Shown piece by piece: positions 45,226-54,464 of a stretch of 64,000 nt of DNA. Each line of letters begins with the position of its first letter. Within the stretch, counting starts at the first letter, position 1. The notes under the pieces were generated by a model. The model searched no databases. It saw only the letters and a program-made list of their open reading frames with translations, and was not told where the DNA came from. Origin of the DNA: Candidatus Latescibacterota bacterium. Lineage in GTDB: Bacteria; Latescibacterota; UBA2968. The position numbers and the translations under genes were made by a program. The stretch covers positions 864,001-928,000 of the forward strand of contig OZ240241.1 in NCBI GenBank assembly GCA_965198115.1, in the 5' to 3' direction.

Positions 45226-45579
45226 ATGAAACGCATCCTCATCGTAGAAGACCAGGAGTGGAACCGCGATCTGCTCGTCCAGATCCTCGAGGAAGACTAT
45301 GAGGTCCTCGAGGCGGTGGACGGACGGGAAGGGATCGCTAAGGCGAAGGACGAGAAGCCGGATCTGATCCTGACCGACATGCTGATGCCCGAAGGCATCG
45401 AGCTGGCGGAAACGCTTCGGAAACATCCGGATACGGCGGACACGGCGATCATCGCGGTCACCGCTCAGGCGATGGCTGGGGACGCCGAAAACGCCATCGC
45501 CGCCGGCTGCAACGACTACGTCAGCAAGCCGATCGACGAAGACCTGCTGATGGAAAAGATCGAGAAATACCTGGCCTGA
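45226..45579 (+). CDS. Single-domain response regulator (DivK/CheY-like)
   Basis: ILIVED, DLILTDMLMP, VTAQA, YVSKP; ATG overlaps the RAYT stop (ATGA), SD CAGGAG. Confidence 0.9.
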   Translation: MKRILIVEDQEWNRDLLVQILEEDYEVLEAVDGREGIAKAKDEKPDLILTDMLMPEGIELAETLRKHPDTADTAIIAVTAQAMAGDAENAIAAGCNDYVSKPIDEDLLMEKIEKYLA

Positions 45580-45731
45580 TCTGTCGCCGGTAAGGGCGGA
45601 CCCGCGCCTGCCCTGAGCGGCAGTCGAAGGGTGTCCGGCCCGATGGCATCTTGCCATAACCGACACTTCGACTCGCGCTCAGTGTGACGGTGTCTCTGCC
45701 GAACACCGAACACTGGATCCTGGACACTGCC

Positions 45732-46970
45732 ATGCCCGAACAAGCCAAAATCCTCATCGTCGACGATAATCCGTTGAACCTCGACCTGCTGGAGCAGGAG
45801 CTGATGGATGACTACGAGGTCGTCACGGCAACGGACGGCGAGGAGGCGATCGCGCAAGCGAACGCGGAGGATCCCGATCTGATCCTGATGGACTGGACGA
45901 TGCCTGGGATGAGTGGGATCGAAGCGGTGAAGATCCTTCGCGAGATGGACCAACACAAGTCGACACCGATCTTCATGCTGACCGCCCAAGCCGGCATGGA
46001 CGACCAGGTCGAAGGGCTCGAGGCCGGCGCGGATGACTACATCGTCAAGCCGTTCGACCCGGATGATGATGATCTGAACGCGCGCATCAAAGCCAGCCTC
46101 CGCATCGGTGGGTTGCAGAAGGCTCTGGAGACAGAACGCAACGAGCTCCAGCAGACGCTCAAAAAAGTGCGCGCAGCCGAGGCGCAGCTCGTGCACTCGG
46201 AGAAGATGGCCGGGCTTGGCAAGCTCGTCGCGGGCGTAGCACACGAGCTGAACAACCCGATCGGGTTCATCTACGCGAACATGGGTCACTTCGAGCGCTA
46301 CATCGGTGTGCTGAAGTCGATCTGTGACAAGTCGGATGTGTCTGGGGAGGATCTCGAGCAGGCACAGAAGGCTTTCTCGACCCTCGAGCGTCTGATCACG
46401 AGCTGTTCGGGTGGCGCGCAACGCATCAAGGAGATCGTACTGGGACTGCGGGCGTTCTCGCGTCTGGATGAGGCGGAGCGAAAGGCCGTCGACCTGCACG
46501 AGGGGATCGACAGTACGCTCACGCTGCTCGACCATCACCTGAAGGATCACGTGACTGTCGTGAAAGACTACGGCCAGCTGCCGATGGTCGAGTGCTATGC
46601 GGGACAGCTCAATCAAGTGCTGATGAACCTGATCACGAACGCCGCCGACGCGATCGATGGCGAAGGACAGATCACGATCGCCACCGCCGCCACCGACGAC
46701 CACGTCACGATCAGTGTCGAAGACAACGGCGTCGGCATGCCCGACGACGTCAAGTCACAGGTCTTCGTTCCGTTCTTCACGACCAAGGAAGTCGGATCGG
46801 GCACCGGACTTGGATTGTCCATCAGCTACGGAATTATCGAAAAGCACGGTGGCCAGATCGACGTCGACAGCACGGTTGGCGAAGGGACGATCTTCACGAT
46901 CACCTTGCCGATGAAAATGCCCCCCGAAACCGAAGACGCCGAAGGCCCCGGTGAAAACCAATCACCGTAG
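45732..46970 (+). CDS. REC-HisKA-HATPase hybrid histidine kinase
   Basis: ILIVDD...DWTMP; SEKMAGLG..VAHELNNP; NLITNA, DNGVG, PFFTTK, GTGLGL. Confidence 0.92.
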   Translation: MPEQAKILIVDDNPLNLDLLEQELMDDYEVVTATDGEEAIAQANAEDPDLILMDWTMPGMSGIEAVKILREMDQHKSTPIFMLTAQAGMDDQVEGLEAGADDYIVKPFDPDDDDLNARIKASLRIGGLQKALETERNELQQTLKKVRAAEAQLVHSEKMAGLGKLVAGVAHELNNPIGFIYANMGHFERYIGVLKSICDKSDVSGEDLEQAQKAFSTLERLITSCSGGAQRIKEIVLGLRAFSRLDEAERKAVDLHEGIDSTLTLLDHHLKDHVTVVKDYGQLPMVECYAGQLNQVLMNLITNAADAIDGEGQITIATAATDDHVTISVEDNGVGMPDDVKSQVFVPFFTTKEVGSGTGLGLSISYGIIEKHGGQIDVDSTVGEGTIFTITLPMKMPPETEDAEGPGENQSP

Positions 46971-47044
46971 GGGCGAATGAAGATTCGCCCGGGACACGAT
47001 GACCATTTCCCAGACGTCTGCGGGTGACAAACGCGCTCGATTCG

Positions 47045-47276
47045 GTGGGACCGGTCTCCAGACCGGGAAAAGACCTGTCACGCGAAGCAACAGCGTCCAA
47101 CGTTTGTGCGCATACGTCCACATAAGCGCCCAAGCGTGACATCCCAACGGCCTGGGATTTTCGTAGAACGCAGCAATGGTATCGCGCGTCGATGGCCGGT
47201 GAGGGCCATATTGCCGGCCACACAGTCGGCTCAACATAGTGCAACGGGCCGTTCCCTGTCTGGAGACAGGTCCCAC
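47045..47276. repeat. Inverted GTGG-REP doublet (REPIN-like)
   Basis: GTGGGACCGGTCTCCAGACCGGGA and, on the minus strand, GTGGGACCTGTCTCCAGACAGGGA. Confidence 0.75.
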
Positions 47277-47472
47277 AGCAAGCCGGCCGATTGGCAACAC
47301 CCAACTCGACATTCGGCGTTGAACATTCGATGTTCGACGTTCGCTCTTTGTATTTCCAAAGCCGGCTCAAGCCGGCTATTTCTGTATCAGCCCGTTTCAC
47401 TAGGCTTTGTTATCTTAGCGCGGAACATTCACGCGTTTTGCATTCTCCATTTTTCATTTTGCACTGTCCTGA

Positions 47473-49428
47473 ATGGCCCTACCCGCACAAACCGAAGAAC
47501 TCCCAGAGCTACTGCCTCGCTCTCCGGTGACGTTCCTGTCACTCGGCATCGGGGCCGTGCTGACGGTCGTGGCGACGAACGCCGGTTCCTACGCGCGATT
47601 CATCCTGCACGCGACGAGACTGGATCAGAACCATCTGTCGATGGCGGCGGTCGTGCCGTTGATGGTGATCGTGCTGTTCCTCAACCGCGCGTTGAAGCTG
47701 AGCCGTGGCGAGCTGATGGTGGTGTTCGTGATGCCGCTGATCGGCGCGACCATGCCGACGTACTTCGTCGGCAAGATGATCGCCAACTTCACGGTGCCCT
47801 ACTACCTGGGCACACCAGAAAACCAGTGGGAGGCGCACTACGGCGGCCAGCTTCCAGCGTGGGTCGTCCTTCCCCAGGGAGAGCCTCTTCGTTGGTTTTT
47901 CGAAGGACTGCCCAGAGGGGCGTCGATTCCGTGGGGCGACTGGGGTGTGACGGTTTTTTGGTGGTCGACCGTGATCGCCGCCTATTACGCGTGCTGTCTA
48001 TGCCTGATGGTGATTCTGAGGAAGCAGTGGGTTGTGAACGAGCGGATTCCGTATCCGTTGACGGAAGTGCCGCTGGCGGTGCTCGAGGAGTCGGAGGAGC
48101 GCGGATTCTTTCGGATTCCGGAGATGAACCGGCCCGTGTTCTGGATCGGGTTCAGCGCCACGTTCCTCTGGGTGCTGTGGAACGTGATTCACCACTTCAA
48201 CCCGACTTTTCCACAGATCCCTTGGCGCTATCCGTCTCTTCAGTTCGGCCCGGCTTTCCCCCCGATCCTGATGCGGATGTATCCGGTTGTGACGGGGTTC
48301 GGGTTTTTCATGAAGCTGGATATCCTGTTCGGCATCTGGCTGTTCAATTTTCTGACGACGATGGAAGCCGGGTTGTTCAATCGGTTCGGTTATGTAGAGG
48401 ATCTGTTCGACGAGTATTCGTCGAATCCCCTGTCGATGGGTTCGCAGTCGATGGGTGCGCTGATCGTGATCGTTCTGGTCGGGTTCTGGATGGCGCGCGG
48501 GCATCTGGGAGACGTCTTCCGGAAGGCATTCAGGGGCGACACCAGTGTGGACGACTCGGAGGAGATCATGTCCTACCGAACGGCGGTCTGCGGGCTGATC
48601 GTCGGAGCCGTCTACCTTGCCGTATGGCACCATCAGACGGGGATGGAGCCGAAGTACAACCTGCTCTTCATGTTCGGGGTGCTCGTGATGTATCTCGGAC
48701 AGGCGCGGATGATCGCGGAGGCGGGGTTGATTTCGCTGAGGACACCGTTGGGACCGACCGCTTTCAGTTCGATCTTGCTGGGGACGGAGGCGCTGACGAA
48801 CCGCACGCTCGTTTCGATCGCGATCTCACACTCCTGGTGCAGCGACGTCAAGACGACGATCATGCCGGCGCTGGCCCACACGACGCGGCTGTTCGATACG
48901 ATCCGTCATCATCAGCGGAAGCTGTTGTGGGCTCCCCTCGTGGCCATGGGCGTCGGCGTGTTCGCGACGTTCGTCTACACGATCGCGATGGGTTACGAGA
49001 ACGGCGCCGCGAACTACGGGAGCATCTTTACGGGAGGGCTCGCGCGCTACCCGTGGGACGACCTGGTCAAGAAGTCCGGCGAGCCCTTTCACACGAAATG
49101 GAAACTCGGTGGGTTCATGGCATTCGGGGCGGTGTTTACGGGCATCCTGATGTTCGCACGATACCGGTCACCCGGTTTTCCGCTCAATCCCGTGGGCTTC
49201 GTCGTGGGGCCCGTCGGGCCGGTCAAGCAGGTCGTGCTCCCGATCTTCATCGCGTGGTTCGCGAAGACCTTCATCCTCCACATTGGCGGCGTGCAGGCCT
49301 ACCGTGCCGCCCGCCCGTTCTTCATCGGGTTGATTCTCGGCCACTTCATGGGCGCGGGGACTTCGTTCGTCATCGACATGTTCTGGTTCCCCGGCCAGGG
49401 GCATAACATTCCATTCAGTGATTGGTAA
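47473..49428 (+). CDS. Polytopic membrane protein resembling the DUF6785/DUF6784 (putative peptide transporter-like) family
   Basis: 651 aa with many TM segments; LRKQWVVNERIPYPL, PLNPVG, RPFFIGLILG. Family recalled from motifs, not searched. Confidence 0.7.
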   Translation: MALPAQTEELPELLPRSPVTFLSLGIGAVLTVVATNAGSYARFILHATRLDQNHLSMAAVVPLMVIVLFLNRALKLSRGELMVVFVMPLIGATMPTYFVGKMIANFTVPYYLGTPENQWEAHYGGQLPAWVVLPQGEPLRWFFEGLPRGASIPWGDWGVTVFWWSTVIAAYYACCLCLMVILRKQWVVNERIPYPLTEVPLAVLEESEERGFFRIPEMNRPVFWIGFSATFLWVLWNVIHHFNPTFPQIPWRYPSLQFGPAFPPILMRMYPVVTGFGFFMKLDILFGIWLFNFLTTMEAGLFNRFGYVEDLFDEYSSNPLSMGSQSMGALIVIVLVGFWMARGHLGDVFRKAFRGDTSVDDSEEIMSYRTAVCGLIVGAVYLAVWHHQTGMEPKYNLLFMFGVLVMYLGQARMIAEAGLISLRTPLGPTAFSSILLGTEALTNRTLVSIAISHSWCSDVKTTIMPALAHTTRLFDTIRHHQRKLLWAPLVAMGVGVFATFVYTIAMGYENGAANYGSIFTGGLARYPWDDLVKKSGEPFHTKWKLGGFMAFGAVFTGILMFARYRSPGFPLNPVGFVVGPVGPVKQVVLPIFIAWFAKTFILHIGGVQAYRAARPFFIGLILGHFMGAGTSFVIDMFWFPGQGHNIPFSDW

Positions 49429-49757
49429 CCGCGATACCCATCGCCGTAGGGGCGAATTGCGATTCGCCCCCCGATCCATCGCGCGTAGCTTTGACGTCAG
49501 AACCTCCGGGCGCAGCAGTAGCCGGGCGCCCGCTACTGTAGGACCGAGTTCCAGCTCGGGAACGAACTGAAGCGCGAAGCCGACAGCGTTAGATGATGGC
49601 GCCCAGACATCGCCTCGTGTATTTTCATCCCACCCCTGCATCGTTTACTTGATCGAAGCTTCCATATGTCGTTGGTTGGGTTGTTCGAACGGGCACGGGC
49701 TCGTGCTTTGTGTCTGTTTTTTAACGTGATATGGCTACGAGACCGAAAGGATGCACC

Positions 49758-51227
49758 ATGAAACGCGTACTCATCGGGTCGATGAACCACGAAGTGGGCA
49801 GTTTCCATCCGATGCATTCGAGCTACGACGATTTCCATCACCTCTGGGGGAAGGACATTCTCGAAGCGTTCAGCGAAGGCGGGTCGACGACGTGGGGGGC
49901 CATCGAGGTCTTGAAGGAACGCGACGACATCGAGATCGTCCCGACTTACGCAGCTTGGATGAACACGACCGGCGGTCTGGTGGAGAAGGCCGCGCAGGAA
50001 CGCATGATCGCCGAGTTTCTGGAAGCGGTCGAAGGGGAGTCGAACATCGACGGTGTCGTGCTCTGTTTGCATGGTGCGATGTCGGGGGTGGACGTGCACG
50101 ACCCCGAAGGCATGGTCGTGGAGGGCGTTCGGAAGCACGTGGGAGATGTGCCACTGACGGCGCCGATGGATCTGCACGGGATCATCACGGACAAGCTGCT
50201 CGCGGGGGTCGATGCGATTTCGTTTCTGCACACCTACCCACACATCGATGGGCGCGAGACCGGCAACCGCGCCGCACGCAATGTGCTTAGGATGATGGAT
50301 GGCGAGTTCAAGAACCCGGTGACGGGACGCGTGAAGATTCCGATGCTCGCGCGAGGCAACCAGCTGATGACGGCGACGGGCAAGTTTGGCGAGGCGATTC
50401 GAAAATGTCAGGAGATCGAGTCGTCGCCAGGGGGCATCGCGGCGGGTGTCAACATCGGCAATCCGTTCACGGACGTGCCCGAGTTGCGATCGAACACGAT
50501 CGTGACGGTCGACGGTGATCAGGCGCGTGCGGACGAAGAGGCGCTCGAGTTGGCCAAGTTCATGTGGGAAAACCGAAACCTCTGGTTCGCGGATCTGACG
50601 CCGATGAAGGAGATCGTCGAGCTGTCGGAGAAACAGGATGGGCTGACGGTCTGCGGCGACCCGGCGGACTCGACCGCATCGGGATCGTCGGGGGACAGCA
50701 ACGCGATCCTGAGAGGCCTGCTCGACAATGGTTTCAACAAACGAGCGCTGGTACCGATCGTCGACGCGCCAGCAGTGGCCAAGGCATTCGAGGGGGGTGT
50801 GGGGAGTACGCTCACCGTGAAGCTGGGTGGAACGATCGACACGGAACGTTTCGAGCCGCTCGAGGCGGAAGTCTACGTAAGGGCGTTGACGGATGGTGTG
50901 CACGGTGGTCGACGGAACAGCGTACCCGCGCGCGCCGGCAGAACGGCCACGTTCACGCTAAATCAGCACACGGTTGTTGCATCCGAGAAACCGGCTGCCA
51001 CGACGGATTCGACGTTTTTCCTCGCACAAGGCGAAGACCCGCTCGAGTATGACTTCGTGATCGCCAAGTCCCCGAACGGATTCAGGATCTTCTACCAGCA
51101 ATACGCGTCGCAGATTCTTTACGCCGACGTGCCCGGTTCGACGAGCGCCGATGTGACGACCTTGCCCTACAAGCTGGCGCCGAGACCGATGTTCCCGCTG
51201 GATAAGGATGCGGATCCGGGATTTTGA
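49758..51227 (+). CDS. MlrC-like M81 metallopeptidase
   Basis: HEVGSFHP, LHGAM, DLHG, TYPHID, PFTDVPE. Confidence 0.88.
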   Translation: MKRVLIGSMNHEVGSFHPMHSSYDDFHHLWGKDILEAFSEGGSTTWGAIEVLKERDDIEIVPTYAAWMNTTGGLVEKAAQERMIAEFLEAVEGESNIDGVVLCLHGAMSGVDVHDPEGMVVEGVRKHVGDVPLTAPMDLHGIITDKLLAGVDAISFLHTYPHIDGRETGNRAARNVLRMMDGEFKNPVTGRVKIPMLARGNQLMTATGKFGEAIRKCQEIESSPGGIAAGVNIGNPFTDVPELRSNTIVTVDGDQARADEEALELAKFMWENRNLWFADLTPMKEIVELSEKQDGLTVCGDPADSTASGSSGDSNAILRGLLDNGFNKRALVPIVDAPAVAKAFEGGVGSTLTVKLGGTIDTERFEPLEAEVYVRALTDGVHGGRRNSVPARAGRTATFTLNQHTVVASEKPAATTDSTFFLAQGEDPLEYDFVIAKSPNGFRIFYQQYASQILYADVPGSTSADVTTLPYKLAPRPMFPLDKDADPGF

Positions 51228-51429
51228 GACACAACCATTAGGAAATTAGGAAAATAGGGAATTGGTGCGGGGATGAATCCCCACGCAGTGGACGCGAAGC
51301 CCGCTGAAGCGGGCTGTGGATAATAGCCGGCTTCAGCCGGCGGAGTTTATCCTGAGCGAAGTCGAAGGGCATTCGTAGCGTAGGGCTTCAGCCCTACGTG
51401 CCGTGGGACAACGGAACAGAGGCAAAGCC

Positions 51430-51822
51430 ATGAACAAAACTCCCGTACACGCAAAGGGCGTTTCCCGTCCCAGCAGCCCGTACTCGCAGGCGCTGACTGT
51501 GGAAGCGAAAAGGACGCTCTATATCTCCGGCCAGGTACCCGTGGATGAAGACGGATCACTGCTCGGCGCGGGCGACATCGAAGCGCAGACCCGGGCAGTG
51601 ATCGGTAACATCCAGGCCATTTGTGAAGCTGAAGGGGCGAGTCTGAACAACATCGTGTTCTGGACGATCTACCTGACGGACATTCGCCACCGACCGATCG
51701 TGACGGAGGTCCGAGCCGACGTACTCGAGGAACCTTATCCAGCCACGACGATGGTACAGGTCGCTGGCCTGGCCGTCGAAAACTGGATGATCGAAATCGA
51801 CGCCATCGTCGCCCTGGATTGA
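51430..51822 (+). CDS. Rid (YjgF/YER057c/UK114) family protein lacking the catalytic Arg
   Basis: PYSQA, ISGQVP, YPATTMVQV, IEIDAIV. Confidence 0.9.
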   Translation: MNKTPVHAKGVSRPSSPYSQALTVEAKRTLYISGQVPVDEDGSLLGAGDIEAQTRAVIGNIQAICEAEGASLNNIVFWTIYLTDIRHRPIVTEVRADVLEEPYPATTMVQVAGLAVENWMIEIDAIVALD

Positions 51823-51891
51823 GTATCGAGGACTGAGAATCGAAGATCGAGAATCGAACACCGAACACCGAACACCAAACACTTCCTTCAC

Positions 51892-52768
51892 ATGAGCGAA
51901 ATCTGGGAATGGTCACTCGACGAGACGCGAAGGATCACGCGACAGGCGCACGCCGGTCGTGATCTGACACCGGATACGTGGCCTGATGGAGCACAGGTCG
52001 CGGTCGCCTTGTCGTTCGATTTCGACGGCGAAACGAGCTGGCTGTATCGGGGTGAGCGTTCGCCAGCTGCGATGTCAAGGGGAGACTACGGGGCGCGCGT
52101 GGGGATGCCCAGAATCCTCGCGTTGCTGGATCGCTACAACGTGCCGGCTTCGTTTTTCATTCCTGCCGTCAACGGTCAACTCCATCCCGAATCTGACGAC
52201 CGGCCGTCACGAGGTTGGAGTACACGGCTGGGTCCACGAGCGCGTACAGGATCTGACAGCAGATCAAGAGTGTGAGCTGCTGACCCGAGCGTTCGACTAC
52301 TGGAAAGAGCGCGTGGGGCGGCCCCCTGTGGGTATTCGCACGCCTTCGTGGGATTTCTCGCCGCACACGCTGTCGATCATCCGCGACCTCGGATTCATTT
52401 ACGATAGCAGTCTGATGGGAGACGATCGGCCCTACGAGCTCTGCGTCGACGGTGAGCCAACGGGTCTCGTGGAACTGCCCGTCGAATGGTTGCTCGACGA
52501 CCATCCCTATCTGCAGATCGATCCTGCGCGAGGCATCCGATCCTTCATCCATCCGGATGCGGTCTTGAGGATCTGGTGGGCAGAGTTTGAGGTCGCGTTG
52601 GAAGAGGGCACGATGTTTCTGCTGACGATGCACCCCCAGGTCATCGGTCATCGCTCGCGACTCGCGATGCTGGAACAGTTGATCAAGGACATACGAGATA
52701 CATCAGGCATCTGGTTTGCCACGCACGAAGACGTCGCCCTTTATGTCAAGCCGAGAGGCGATAGCTGA
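51892..52768 (+). pseudogene. Polysaccharide deacetylase (PuuE/PgdA-like CE4), frameshift near 52190
   Basis: SFDFDGE, GMPRIL..LD, then HEVGVHGWVHE, RTPSW, YDSS, TMHPQVIG in another frame. Confidence 0.85.
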
Positions 52769-53014
52769 CGGGTGCCGCACAGCCTCTCCGTGCCGTGTTC
52801 TCGTCCTATCGTCATCGACGTTGCACAGGGCGAACCGTTTGGTACCACGAGGTCACTTCCCGAATAGCCACAATCATCGTGTGACCCCCCATTCGTGTTC
52901 ATCTGTGTGTATTTGCCTGCCCTGAGTAGCGGCGAAGCCGCATATCGAAGGGTGGTTCCAAAGGTTTTCTGCAGTCCTTCAGTTCTGCAGAGTCAACGCC
53001 AAGGGTCCTGGCTT

Positions 53015-54115
53015 ATGAACATCTGGCAAGCCATCGTCCAAGCAGCAAAGGCAAACGATCTCCCCGGCGTTCGGGAATTGACCTCCGCGTATCCCGAACT
53101 GAAAGAAAACGATCGCGCGCTCGTGACGTCCGCGCGCTACGGTCACGAGGACATCGTCGCTTTTCTGCTCGGTGACAAGCCCTCTTTCGACGCCATCCAC
53201 AAGGCCTTGGCCGCGGCTGTTTTCCCGTATCGCTCGGTGGACAAGACCGAGCGTCACGGTGCGTTGGTGCGTTCCCTCCTGGGGAAGGTCGTGGACGAAG
53301 GCCAGCGAGAAAGCGTCGCGCGCAGGTTGATCGATGCGGCGGCACGATCCGGATGCAGACCCGTCGTGGACGCCCTCCTCGACCACGCGTATCAGGACAT
53401 TTGCACGGCCGCCGTACTCGGAGATGGGGACACCGTTCACGAATGGATCAAGCAGAACCGACGCGTCGTACGCACCGGCGATGCGACGGGCAAGACGGCC
53501 TTGCACTACTGTGCGGCATCGGCCCTCGGGCGAGGGGATCAACGAACAGCACAGAATCTCGTCAACGTCGCCCAGCTTCTCCTGGAATGGGGCGCAGATG
53601 TAAACGCCCGCTGCAAACCGGAACGGGAGTCCCCATTCGGTCTTTCTCCGCTCGATTGCGCGGTCCAATACGGCGACAACCCCGACCTGGTCAGCGTGCT
53701 CGTGAACCACGGGGCACGGGATCTGGAGAGCGCGCTCTGGGCATTGCTCGTACACCATCGGAATCCGGGTGAGGTCCAATTTCAGTCCGCTGCCTTTCTT
53801 CTCGATGGCGGCGCGCTGATCGAGAAGGCCTTCAACGATCGCACCATCCTCCACGACCTCGCTCATCACGGATCGGCGGAGAGTGTGAGATGGGTTCTCG
53901 ATCATGGCGGAGATGTCCACGCGCGAACACCCGACGCTCGAACCCCTCTCCACTTCGCGTCCGACCGCGACGACGGTGTGGACATCGTCGACGCACTGAT
54001 CGATGCCGGCGCCAACCCGAGCGCACAGGACGAAGATGGCCATCCGCCCCTGTGGTATGCCGACAAAGGCGAGCGACAATCCGTCATCGATCGATTGCGG
54101 GAGGCAACGCCGTAG
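53015..54115 (+). CDS. Ankyrin repeat protein
   Basis: GKTALHY, LLEWGADVN, RTPLHFA, LIDAGANP. Confidence 0.85.
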   Translation: MNIWQAIVQAAKANDLPGVRELTSAYPELKENDRALVTSARYGHEDIVAFLLGDKPSFDAIHKALAAAVFPYRSVDKTERHGALVRSLLGKVVDEGQRESVARRLIDAAARSGCRPVVDALLDHAYQDICTAAVLGDGDTVHEWIKQNRRVVRTGDATGKTALHYCAASALGRGDQRTAQNLVNVAQLLLEWGADVNARCKPERESPFGLSPLDCAVQYGDNPDLVSVLVNHGARDLESALWALLVHHRNPGEVQFQSAAFLLDGGALIEKAFNDRTILHDLAHHGSAESVRWVLDHGGDVHARTPDARTPLHFASDRDDGVDIVDALIDAGANPSAQDEDGHPPLWYADKGERQSVIDRLREATP

Positions 54116-54464
54116 GGCCGGTTCGCGAACCGACCGTTTCGTTGCCCGTGCGTGATACTCTGACTCATTGGCTGCCCCCGGTCATCCTGAGTAAACCTCA
54201 TTGTGAAATGGTTGATCGCGAAGCAGCACTGAGAAAAACGCGGGGCAGGCTCTTCGATACGGCGATCAGGGAGTTCTATCAGTGTCACGTAGTGTGAATC
54301 ACGAGTCGCCTACTCAGGATGATCGATCGGCAAGTGGGGCAACGTTTCCCTGTCTGTCTTCGACCGTCTGTAGTCTGGCGAATGGGCGAACCTGTCTTCT
54401 CTGTCTTCTGTCCTCCGTCCTCTGGCGTCCGTCCTCTGTATTTTGCCAAAGGGGCGAAGCCGTT

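Larger units (their letters stand above)
36675..45229 (+). pseudogene. REP-associated tyrosine transposase (RAYT/TnpA-REP, Y1 HUH), ~171 aa, in three pieces (36675-36719, 39488-39700, 44972-45229)
   Basis: Reconstructed MPKKRFKHSNLREGR|WSLKGSVYSIT...AYTVMPDHIHLIF...RSL|DLVMQSFGSFTA...FWQKTYHDRKIR...YILQNPVRAG...DWPWS; the frame stays open after removing the TSDs. Confidence 0.9.

Noticed and set aside
47106-49406. 766-aa ORF overlapping the membrane protein, and similar long alternative-frame ORFs
   Set aside because: Arg/Gly-rich shadow frames typical of high-GC coding DNA, with no recognisable motifs.
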